Below, piece after piece: positions 32,462 to 40,321 of a stretch of DNA of 64,000 nt (the first letter of the stretch is position 1; the number at the start of each line of letters is the position of its first letter). Origin of the DNA: Acidimicrobiia bacterium (GTDB lineage Bacteria; Actinomycetota; Acidimicrobiia; Acidimicrobiales; Bin134); the NCBI GenBank assembly GCA_022826705.1, contig JAJDUJ010000022.1, positions 44,989 to 108,988 of the forward strand, written 5' to 3'. The notes below the pieces were generated by a model, which saw only the letters and a list, made by a program, of their open reading frames with translations, ran no database searches and had not been told where the DNA came from. Made by a program: the position numbers and the translations under genes.

Positions 32462-33817
32462 TCAGCTTATGGGAACGATGTCGGCGTCCTTGGCCACTTG
32501 GGGAAGCTGAGAGTTCACGTTGATGGCCAACTCCAGCGGATACCGGGTACCGGCCACCCACTGACCCGACACCAACGGCGTCTTGGCGAAATGAGGAATG
32601 GGGAAGGCACTGAAATTGATGTTGCCGACGACGGTATCCAGGTTGGTGGCCCCGATGGCGGCGATGAGCGCCTGTTTGTCAGTTGACCCGGCCCGCTTAG
32701 CCGCATCCACGGCCACCTCGAACAAAGCGTGGGCAAAGCCCAGCGGCTGGGTCCACTGGGCCCCAGTGGCCGACTCGAAGGCCGCGGCCAAATCGGCTGC
32801 GCTCTGGCCGGTGACGCTGGACGAGAACGGGTGGCGGTTGGTCCACCAGACCTCCGAGCTGAGACCCTCGCCCTGGGGGTAGGTCTCCACTGCGGAGGGG
32901 AACAGCAGCGCCTTGGCCATGGTCATCACCGGGGGGTTAAAGCCCTGCTGCAAGGCCTGAGCCTGGAAGGTGGCAAACACCGGCGGCGGCACCACGCCGG
33001 ACACGATCTCCACGCCAGCGTCTTTGAACTGGCTGATGATGGCGCTGTAGTCCTGGGTGGCCAGATCGAAGCGTCCGATGTCCACCACGGTGAACCCGGC
33101 GGCTTCCAATGCGGGCGGGAAGCCCACCACCGGATCGCTCCAGGCGTTGCCGTCTGGGTCGTTGGGCCACATGCCGCCCACCACCTTGGCCACGCCGGCT
33201 TGGTTCCACAGCTCGATGAAGTTCTCGATCACGTCTTCGAGGCCCCAGAAGAAGTGGTAGTTCCACTCCGAAGCAACGGGGGGCTCGGGAAAGTCGGGAC
33301 CAAGTCCGCCGCCGGTGCCCAAGTAATGAGCTTGCCACGGAGCCACGCTGGTCAGGCAGGGCACCTCGCCCAAATCGCAGGCCGCCGCTACCGGCACGGA
33401 AATGTCGGGAGTTCCCGCGGCAAGCACGATGTCGGCGCCCTCACTGATGAGCGCCGAGGCCACTTCGCCGGCCTTGGCCGGGTCGGATTCGGCGTCTTTG
33501 TCGGCGATCTCCACATTGCCGCCCAATGCCGAGGCCATAGCCCCGAGCACGAAGGCATCCGCTTCTCCGAAGGGCGCCAGCGGGCCAGTACGGGGGGTGA
33601 CGTAGCCGATCTTGATCGGAGGGATGTCCGAACCGGCAGCCGTCGGAGTGGCCGCAGCAGTCGGCGCAGCAGTGACTGGTGCCGCGGTGGCCGTAGCCGG
33701 AGCGGCATCGTCGTCATCGCCACAGGCCGCCGCGACCAGTCCACCGCCAATGGCCACCACCGCGGCGTTGCGGATGAACTCCCGCCGAGACGTGCCCGGG
33801 CGCTGTTGTTCTGTCAT
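32462..33817 (-). CDS. HAAT-family periplasmic-type substrate-binding lipoprotein (Tat signal)
   Basis: SRREFIRNAAVVAIGGGLVAAAC is a twin-arginine motif plus lipobox. The body is a LivK-type SBP. Confidence 0.85.
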   Translation of the reverse strand: MTEQQRPGTSRREFIRNAAVVAIGGGLVAAACGDDDDAAPATATAAPVTAAPTAAATPTAAGSDIPPIKIGYVTPRTGPLAPFGEADAFVLGAMASALGGNVEIADKDAESDPAKAGEVASALISEGADIVLAAGTPDISVPVAAACDLGEVPCLTSVAPWQAHYLGTGGGLGPDFPEPPVASEWNYHFFWGLEDVIENFIELWNQAGVAKVVGGMWPNDPDGNAWSDPVVGFPPALEAAGFTVVDIGRFDLATQDYSAIISQFKDAGVEIVSGVVPPPVFATFQAQALQQGFNPPVMTMAKALLFPSAVETYPQGEGLSSEVWWTNRHPFSSSVTGQSAADLAAAFESATGAQWTQPLGFAHALFEVAVDAAKRAGSTDKQALIAAIGATNLDTVVGNINFSAFPIPHFAKTPLVSGQWVAGTRYPLELAINVNSQLPQVAKDADIVPIS

Positions 33818-34905
33818 GTCAGGTCTCCCCTCATTGATGGCGGATCGCCCGGTCTCCGTCCGAAGAAGGCGTTGTCCAGCATCAGCCGGATGCCGTCTTC
33901 GTCAGGAGGCCGCACGTTGGCCGCCGCTTCGGTTACGACCCGTCGGGCCGCTTCATCGAGACCGTCGGCGGGCATGCCGATGGCCTCGAGACTGGTTGGC
34001 GCGCCGATATCGGCGGCCAGGTCGAACATCGCACCGGGAACCGCGGGGGCATCAACCCCCACTGCTCCGGCGATTCGGGCCATGCACTCGGGAATGGCCG
34101 GGGCGTTGTAGGCCAGGGCGTGGCAGAGCACCACTGAGTTCATGTCGCCGTGGTTCAGGTTGAACAACCCGCCCAGCACATGGCAGGTCTTGTGGTGCAG
34201 GGCAGTGCCGCTGCCGGCCAGGGCCACCGCGGCTAGATAGGCGCCGTAGAGCACATGGGAGCGCCCGTCCAGATTCTCGGGCTCAGCCACCACAACGGGC
34301 AGCCCGTTGTGGAGCGCGGCAATGGCCTCGACCGCCATAGCCGACACCACCGGGTTGGCCCCTGGCCCATACAAAGCCTCCACTGCGTGGGCCATGGCGT
34401 TCATCCCTGACGGGCCGGCAATGAAGGCGGGCAGCGTCAGGGTCAGCTCGGGGTCGTAAACCACGACTCTCGGCTTGACCCGGGGATCCTTGCCGGTTTG
34501 CTTGTGGTCGCCCTCGGTGAGCCCCCAGATATCGGTCATCTCCGAGCCGGCATAGGTGGTGGGCACGGCGATCAGTTGAACGTCGAGCGCCCGGGCGATG
34601 ATCTTTCCGAACCCGGTGGCCGACCCGCCCCCGATGGTTACCACCGTGTCGGCCTCAACCTGCCGGGCCATGGCTATGGCCGCATCAGCTTGGGCGACGG
34701 GCACATGCTGGGCGACGTCATCAAACCGTCCCACCGCCAAATCGCCCAGAACCGCGATAATCTCGGCGGCCAGTTCATCTTCATCGCGGCCTGCCACCAC
34801 CAACACCCGGCGGCTGCCCAAGGCTCCGGCTTCATCGGCCAACTTGTGCCGCGATCCGACGCCGAACACCACCCGGCCAGCCAACACGTCGTAGGTGAAA
34901 TTCAT
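33814..34905 (-). CDS. maleylacetate reductase (iron-containing alcohol dehydrogenase family)
   Basis: MNFTYDVLAGRVVFGVG...TIGGGSATGFGK...AVPTTYAGSEMT...GMNAMAHAVEAL. ATG 34905 overlaps the upstream stop (ATGA). Confidence 0.8.
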   Translation of the reverse strand: MNFTYDVLAGRVVFGVGSRHKLADEAGALGSRRVLVVAGRDEDELAAEIIAVLGDLAVGRFDDVAQHVPVAQADAAIAMARQVEADTVVTIGGGSATGFGKIIARALDVQLIAVPTTYAGSEMTDIWGLTEGDHKQTGKDPRVKPRVVVYDPELTLTLPAFIAGPSGMNAMAHAVEALYGPGANPVVSAMAVEAIAALHNGLPVVVAEPENLDGRSHVLYGAYLAAVALAGSGTALHHKTCHVLGGLFNLNHGDMNSVVLCHALAYNAPAIPECMARIAGAVGVDAPAVPGAMFDLAADIGAPTSLEAIGMPADGLDEAARRVVTEAAANVRPPDEDGIRLMLDNAFFGRRPGDPPSMRGDLT

Positions 34906-35669
34906 GACACTGCCTTCAGCTTCCGAAGCACGGTCAGCTCTTCGAAAGTGGGTGCCGGGGTGACCTCGTAATTGTCGGCTACTTGCAAATCCCATCCGGT
35001 GGCGTCTCGCACGTCGTCCACCGACACACCGGGGTGAACACTGGTCAGCTTCAGCTCTTTGGTTGCCGGATCAGGACGAAGCACACCCAAGTCGCTGATT
35101 ACCGCTGATGGGCCCTGGCCCCGCAACCCCAGCTGCTCGCGGCATCCGTTCCCGGTGCCGTGGCCCAGCGACGTGACGAAGTCGAGCTCCTCCACGAAAG
35201 CCCGACGACTGTGGCGAAGGGTGATGATCACCTCACCGCAGTTGGCCGCGATCTCCGGGGCACCGCCAGCACCGGGGAGCCGCACGGAGGGAGCGTCATA
35301 CGGGCCGATAACGGTGGTGTTGATGTTGGCGAACCGGTCGATCTGGGCCGCCCCCAAAAAGCCCACGTCAATGCGCCCGGCCTGGAGCCAGTAGCTGAAA
35401 ATCTCCACCACACCGACGTTGGCCACCGCGCTCTCCGACAGAACGCCGTCGCCGATGGACGCCGGAAGATGGTCGGGCCGGGACCCGATGCAGCCGGACT
35501 CATAGATGAGCACCGCATTGGGGGCGTGCATCCGCCTAGCCACGTTGGCCGCGGTGGATGGGAGGCCAATGCCCACAAAGCACACCGCCTCATCGCCCAG
35601 CTCCCGGGCTGCGGCCACCGTCATCATCTCATCCGATGTCCACTGGCCGTTGTCGTTGCCCCTGCTCAT
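34902..35669 (-). CDS. CoA-transferase subunit B (glutaconate/IpdB-like family I); 3-oxoadipate CoA-transferase by context
   Basis: WTSDEMMTVAAARELGDEAVCFVGIGLPS...LIYESG. 4-nt overlaps with both neighbours. Confidence 0.75.
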   Translation of the reverse strand: MSRGNDNGQWTSDEMMTVAAARELGDEAVCFVGIGLPSTAANVARRMHAPNAVLIYESGCIGSRPDHLPASIGDGVLSESAVANVGVVEIFSYWLQAGRIDVGFLGAAQIDRFANINTTVIGPYDAPSVRLPGAGGAPEIAANCGEVIITLRHSRRAFVEELDFVTSLGHGTGNGCREQLGLRGQGPSAVISDLGVLRPDPATKELKLTSVHPGVSVDDVRDATGWDLQVADNYEVTPAPTFEELTVLRKLKAVS

Positions 35670-36475
35670 GATTCGCCCTCAACCACGCCAGCAAGCCATT
35701 CAGCGAACGCGTCGCGGCTGCGGCCGATAGGGTCCCAGGCGGCATAGAAGTCGTTGTCCCGATCGCTGTAGTCATGGGCATAAGACGGGTGGGCCCCGCC
35801 GGGCACCACTGCCACCGCATCCACGGCCCATGCCGGCAGAACCACTCCACCGGTGCGGACCGCTAGCTCGTCAACCACCTCTTCCACAGTCACGATGCTG
35901 TGGCAGCTGGCCAGCACACACTCCTTTTGCACCCCGGTAATCCCCCAGTACATGACGTTGCCGTCGCGGTCGGCCTGCTGGGCGTGGATGATTCCCACAT
36001 CGGGGTTGATAGCCGGCACTGCGGTGAGCTCTTCGCCGGTGAACGGACAGGAGATGGAGGCGATGGTCTTGGTGTGGTCGGCCAGACTGGTGCCCACGTA
36101 GCCCCGCAGCACGCCGAAGGGCAGACCAGCCGCTCCCGCCCGCCACCGTTCGGCCAGCCCAGCGTGGGAATGCTCCTCCACTTCGAGGGGCCGAGGAAAC
36201 TGGTTCTCCACCGCATCGCGCATGCGGTGGAGTGAGCCCACTCCGGGATTGCCTCCCCAACCAAAAATCAGCTTGCGGGCGCATCCGGCCCCGATGAGCT
36301 GGTCGTACACCAGATCGGGGGTCATCCGCACCAGGGTGAGGTCCCGGCGCTGCTGGCGAATGATCTCATGGCCGGCGGCGAACGGGATGAGGTGGGTAAA
36401 GCCCTCCAAGGCGAGGGTCTGGCCGTCCTCCACATAGCGGGCCACCGCCTCTCGGAGTGACAGAAATTCGCCCAT
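35666..36475 (-). CDS. CoA-transferase subunit A (glutaconate/IpdA-like family I)
   Basis: LREAVARYVEDGQTLALEGF...VDAVAVVPGGAHPSYAHDYSDRDNDFY resembles IpdA/GctA-type alpha subunits. Confidence 0.75.
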   Translation of the reverse strand: MGEFLSLREAVARYVEDGQTLALEGFTHLIPFAAGHEIIRQQRRDLTLVRMTPDLVYDQLIGAGCARKLIFGWGGNPGVGSLHRMRDAVENQFPRPLEVEEHSHAGLAERWRAGAAGLPFGVLRGYVGTSLADHTKTIASISCPFTGEELTAVPAINPDVGIIHAQQADRDGNVMYWGITGVQKECVLASCHSIVTVEEVVDELAVRTGGVVLPAWAVDAVAVVPGGAHPSYAHDYSDRDNDFYAAWDPIGRSRDAFAEWLAGVVEGES

Positions 36476-36512
36476 CCCTGACTGCTGCTTTCGAAGTTGC
36501 TCGGGACCAGAC

Positions 36513-37481
36513 TTAGAAGTCCACCGGACGGACCGGCGCCTCGCCGTTGGCGATCATCTCGGGTATGCGGGGGGAACCGTTCTCCCATACCAGCAACATC
36601 GAGCGCTTGGGGGCGTAGCCCTGATGGCGGATGTCGGCAGGCATGGCGGCCACGTCGCCCGCCTTCATGACCACTCGGGCCCGTTTGGCCCCGGTGTCGC
36701 GGTCTTCCACGTCCCACTGGATTTCGTCGCTGAGCTGCACGAACCACTCCACCCGGTCGTTGCCGTGGATCACCGGCAAGATGAACTCCTCGGTGGTCGG
36801 GCAGTACAGACTCTCTTTGCAGGCCGAAACGACCGAAGGGTTCCAGGTGACGTCGGAGCGGGACAGGTAGGCATACAAGCTGAACGAACACACCTGGTCC
36901 TCATAGCCGGGCTCCGCGGTGATCACCGGCTCGTCTTGGTGGACGTCGGCGAAGGCCCGATTGATGGGGAATCCAGACTCGTCGGAGCGGATGGGCTCGT
37001 CGCCGGGCACGCTCACCATGCGCTCAGCCACCACCCGCTTGCGGGTCACCGCCTTGTCGTTGTCGCCCTGGCTCGTGCCGTAGGCGCTGCCCGTCTCCAT
37101 GGGGGCGGCGAACGGGTCGTAGCCTTCGTTGGTCCAGTCCGACAACATGGCCTTAAAGCAGCCCAGCAGCTCGTCGTGGTCGAAGTTCTCGTTGTAGTCC
37201 ACCTCGGCCCGGCGATAGGCCTCGTTGAACCGCCCGGCGAACATGTCCACGTTGCCGTAGTGGTTCATGGTGCCGATCACTTCGTCGAAGTTGATGATGC
37301 CGTAGAAGAACTCCCAAGCCACGTCGCGCTGCACACAGCGGAGCCACTGGACAATGTCCATTTGGTGGCTGCCGGTGGGCCAGGTGACGGTCACGAAGTA
37401 CTCGTCGCGGCTGAATGTGAAGCCCCCCACCGAGAAGTCCTTGTAGCCGCTGGCGTTGGGAGCGGTTTCGGTCATGGTCAT
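36513..37481 (-). CDS. cupin dioxygenase, type II hydroquinone 1,2-dioxygenase large subunit (PnpD/HapD)-like
   Basis: H239-x-N241-x3-E245 ... H286 (VIHGNDRVEWF...ADIRHQG). The spacing is identical to the four Fe ligands I recall for PnpD. 322 aa, directly downstream of a 166-aa cupin-like ORF. Confidence 0.5.
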   Translation of the reverse strand: MTMTETAPNASGYKDFSVGGFTFSRDEYFVTVTWPTGSHQMDIVQWLRCVQRDVAWEFFYGIINFDEVIGTMNHYGNVDMFAGRFNEAYRRAEVDYNENFDHDELLGCFKAMLSDWTNEGYDPFAAPMETGSAYGTSQGDNDKAVTRKRVVAERMVSVPGDEPIRSDESGFPINRAFADVHQDEPVITAEPGYEDQVCSFSLYAYLSRSDVTWNPSVVSACKESLYCPTTEEFILPVIHGNDRVEWFVQLSDEIQWDVEDRDTGAKRARVVMKAGDVAAMPADIRHQGYAPKRSMLLVWENGSPRIPEMIANGEAPVRPVDF

Positions 37482-37494
37482 TGCTGGTCTCCTC

Positions 37495-37995
37495 TCAGAC
37501 GGTCTGGCAGATATCGGCCCAGCGGAACACCGTGTCGGGGCCTTCGATGGTTTGCAGCAGCACGACGGCCACTCCGTCGCTATGGAATCGGTAGGCCTTG
37601 CCCGCGGGCAGGAGCGTCATATGGCCCCTCCCGGCCTGGACACGTCCCATGGGGCTTCCCGCCGGCTCGCCGTCAATCCCAACGGAACCCGAGGCATCCT
37701 GATCCACCAGGGGCTGGGTTGGGTCGAGCAACTCGATCTCCAACGAACCGTCCACGACCAAGGCGAACTCGTCGTGGGGAGTGGCCCGCCACTCGCTGGT
37801 GCCTTCGGCCCTGATCACCTCCAGCACGTATTCCAGGTTCTTGGCCACCGCCACCTTTTCGTATGGCTTGGCCCCCGAGGCCACCTCGAACATGTTGGAG
37901 AAGGCGTAGTGCTTTGGGTTGTCGTTGATGACCTCGACTCCGCCCTTTTCGTACTGGCCCAACGATCCAAACACAGTGGTGTACTGCTCTGGCAT
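37495..37995 (-). CDS. small cupin-like subunit (PnpC/HapC-like)
   Basis: 166 aa from ATG 37995, preceded by GGGGGA. The size and small-then-large gene order match two-subunit hydroquinone dioxygenases. Confidence 0.4.
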   Translation of the reverse strand: MPEQYTTVFGSLGQYEKGGVEVINDNPKHYAFSNMFEVASGAKPYEKVAVAKNLEYVLEVIRAEGTSEWRATPHDEFALVVDGSLEIELLDPTQPLVDQDASGSVGIDGEPAGSPMGRVQAGRGHMTLLPAGKAYRFHSDGVAVVLLQTIEGPDTVFRWADICQTV

Positions 37996-38067
37996 CTGAG
38001 TCCCCCTTGCTCCGTAAATGCGACATGTCTTGATCCCCATCCATGTCGCGAACTACGTTGACTGGTA

Positions 38068-38103
38068 TGTTCGCTATACGAACAAATGTTCGTAATATGA
38101 ACA
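38068..38103. promoter_or_regulatory. tandem IclR-type operator palindromes in the divergent promoter region
   Basis: TGTTCG-CTATA-CGAACA (38068-38084, perfect 6-5-6) and TGTTCG-TAATA-TGAACA (38087-38103, 5/6). They sit in an AT-rich region between the catabolic operon start (37995) and the IclR start (38138). Confidence 0.5.
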
Positions 38104-38137
38104 CTATGGCAACTAGCCCCCAAGGTCAAGTGAGGTC

Positions 38138-38893
38138 ATGAGCGAATTCGTGCAGTCCCTATCCCGCGGGATCTCGGTCATCCGATCGTTTTCAGCCGAC
38201 ACCCCCCGGCAGACTCTCTCCGACGTTGCCCGTACCACCGGGCTGACCCGAGCCACGGCCCGCCGGCTTCTTCTCACCTTGGAAGAACTGGGCTATGTCC
38301 GCAACGACGGCCGCTTTTTCGAGCTCACCGCTCGGATTCTCGACATCGGGTACTCCTATGTGGCGTCTCTCAACCTCAATGACATCGCTCAGCCCTTCCT
38401 CGAGTCATTCAGCGAGGCTGTTCGCGAATCTTCCTCGGTTTCGGTGCTCGACGACACCGACATCGTGTACATCGCCCGGGTGCCCACCAAGCGAATCATG
38501 ACGGTTGCCATCGGGTTGGGTTCGCGATTTCCGGCGTATCAGACCTCGATGGGGCGCGTGCTGTTGGCCGAACAGCAGGACCATGACGTGATGGAGCTCT
38601 TCAGCCGCAGCGACCGCTCGCAGACAACCGAGCACACAGTGGTCACCGGCGAGGCCTTGCTTGAGCAACTCCACGCCGTGCGTCAGCAGGGCTGGGCCCT
38701 CGTGGATCAAGAGTTGGAAATCGGGGTGCGGTCGCTGGCTGCGCCCTTGCGCGATGCCGCCGGGACTGCCATCGCGGCTATGAACGTGTCCACCCATGTG
38801 GGGCGCACAAGCCTGGACGAGCTCACCGCGGAGTTCTTGCCCCGCCTCCTTGATACCGCCTCTGGCATCAGCCAGGCCCTCGCCATGCGATGA
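38138..38893 (+). CDS. IclR-family transcriptional regulator (PcaR/PobR-like)
   Basis: LSRGISVIRSF...LSDVARTTGLTRATARRLLLTLEELGYV HTH plus an IclR effector domain. Confidence 0.9.
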   Translation: MSEFVQSLSRGISVIRSFSADTPRQTLSDVARTTGLTRATARRLLLTLEELGYVRNDGRFFELTARILDIGYSYVASLNLNDIAQPFLESFSEAVRESSSVSVLDDTDIVYIARVPTKRIMTVAIGLGSRFPAYQTSMGRVLLAEQQDHDVMELFSRSDRSQTTEHTVVTGEALLEQLHAVRQQGWALVDQELEIGVRSLAAPLRDAAGTAIAAMNVSTHVGRTSLDELTAEFLPRLLDTASGISQALAMR

Positions 38894-38938
38894 TTACTGG
38901 GGCAAGGATGGCTGAGCCACGGGATTACGGGTTGGTCG

Positions 38939-40243
38939 ATGGCATCTGAAGCCCTGAGCGGCGATGCAGTAGCTGAGCGGGTCATCCGCCTGGGCCGGTC
39001 GCTGCAAGCGGGCGGCGCGGCGGTGGCCGTAGTGGAAATCATCGACGCGGTACGGGCGACCTCGGCCATCGACTTGGGACGGCGATCAGAGCTGCGGGTG
39101 GCTCTTCGAGCCACGATGATCAAGCACCCTCGCTACCACGACCTGTTCGAAGCGGCCTTCGACCGCCACTTCCCGGCCCATCCGGCCGATTCACGACCGT
39201 CCGGAGTTGGCCAAGGAATCCTTGACCAGTCCGACATGACGATCGCGGAAGGCAATCTGCCCGCACTGGCCGTCAACCTGGTGGAAGCCCATGCCGGACT
39301 GGACGGTGACCGCCGCAGCGAAGGCCACCACATCCAGCGGGCCTACCGGGGAGCAGACCTGGCCCGCATGATGAGCGACGCCCGTCGGGCTGATCCCGCG
39401 CTGTCCTCCGCTGAGCTGCGAGCCCGGATCGACCAACTCAAGCGTCTTATGGCCGCTGAAGTGAGAGCACGGCTCGGGCCGCCTACCGAGGACGTATTCG
39501 TCGGGCCCACTGAAGACATCGAATTCCTCAACGCATCGCGGGCTGAGCTGGAACGGGTCCGCGAGGCAGTACGCCCACTGGCCCGGGTTATGGCAGCCCG
39601 ACTGACCCGCAAACGGCGGTCTCGCAATCAAGGCAAGGTCAACCTCCGCCGCACCACCCGGCAATCGCTGGGCACCGGTGGAGTGCCCTTCAACGTGGCC
39701 TTTCGCCGACCCCGACCACACCGTCCCGAGTTGTTGGTGCTGTGCGACATCAGCGGATCGGTGGCAGAGTTCTCCCTGTTCACCCTTACGCTCATGTCAG
39801 CGCTTTCCGCCGAAGTGGCCAGAACACGGTCATTCGTATTCGTGGATCGCATGGATGAGATCACCGAGCTGCTGAACCGGACCGATCACAGCATCGAGCC
39901 GTGGCAGATCATGAGGAACACCAACGTGATCGCCGACGACGGCCATTCTGACTACGGCGCAGTGCTCCAGCAGTTTCATGACGAGGTGGTCGAACCGATC
40001 CAAGGACCCGCCCCCACCCTGCTCATCACCGGCGATGCCCGCACCAACTACCGCGACGCCTGCCCCACTGCGCTGGAGTCCATCGCCCGCCGCTGTCGCC
40101 GAATCTATTGGCTCAACCCCGAACCCCATGCCGAGTGGGACACCGAGGACTCAGAGATGTCGACTTATGCCCCCCACTGCCACGGAGTTTTTGAGGTCCG
40201 CAACCTCCGCCAACTCGTCGCCTGCGTTGAGGAGATGCTCTAG
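38939..40243 (+). CDS. VWA-domain CoxE-like protein
   Basis: MIDAS-type LLVLCDISGSV and C-terminal RIYWLNPEP...YAPHCHGVFEVRNLRQL, typical of the CoxE family. Confidence 0.7.
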   Translation: MASEALSGDAVAERVIRLGRSLQAGGAAVAVVEIIDAVRATSAIDLGRRSELRVALRATMIKHPRYHDLFEAAFDRHFPAHPADSRPSGVGQGILDQSDMTIAEGNLPALAVNLVEAHAGLDGDRRSEGHHIQRAYRGADLARMMSDARRADPALSSAELRARIDQLKRLMAAEVRARLGPPTEDVFVGPTEDIEFLNASRAELERVREAVRPLARVMAARLTRKRRSRNQGKVNLRRTTRQSLGTGGVPFNVAFRRPRPHRPELLVLCDISGSVAEFSLFTLTLMSALSAEVARTRSFVFVDRMDEITELLNRTDHSIEPWQIMRNTNVIADDGHSDYGAVLQQFHDEVVEPIQGPAPTLLITGDARTNYRDACPTALESIARRCRRIYWLNPEPHAEWDTEDSEMSTYAPHCHGVFEVRNLRQLVACVEEML

Positions 40244-40321
40244 GCCGGCGGCTGGATGTGGTTAGAAGCTGAGGTAGGGGCAGCCGCACTTCGGCTTCAG
40301 GTCAAAGTCGGTCCCCCGAGG

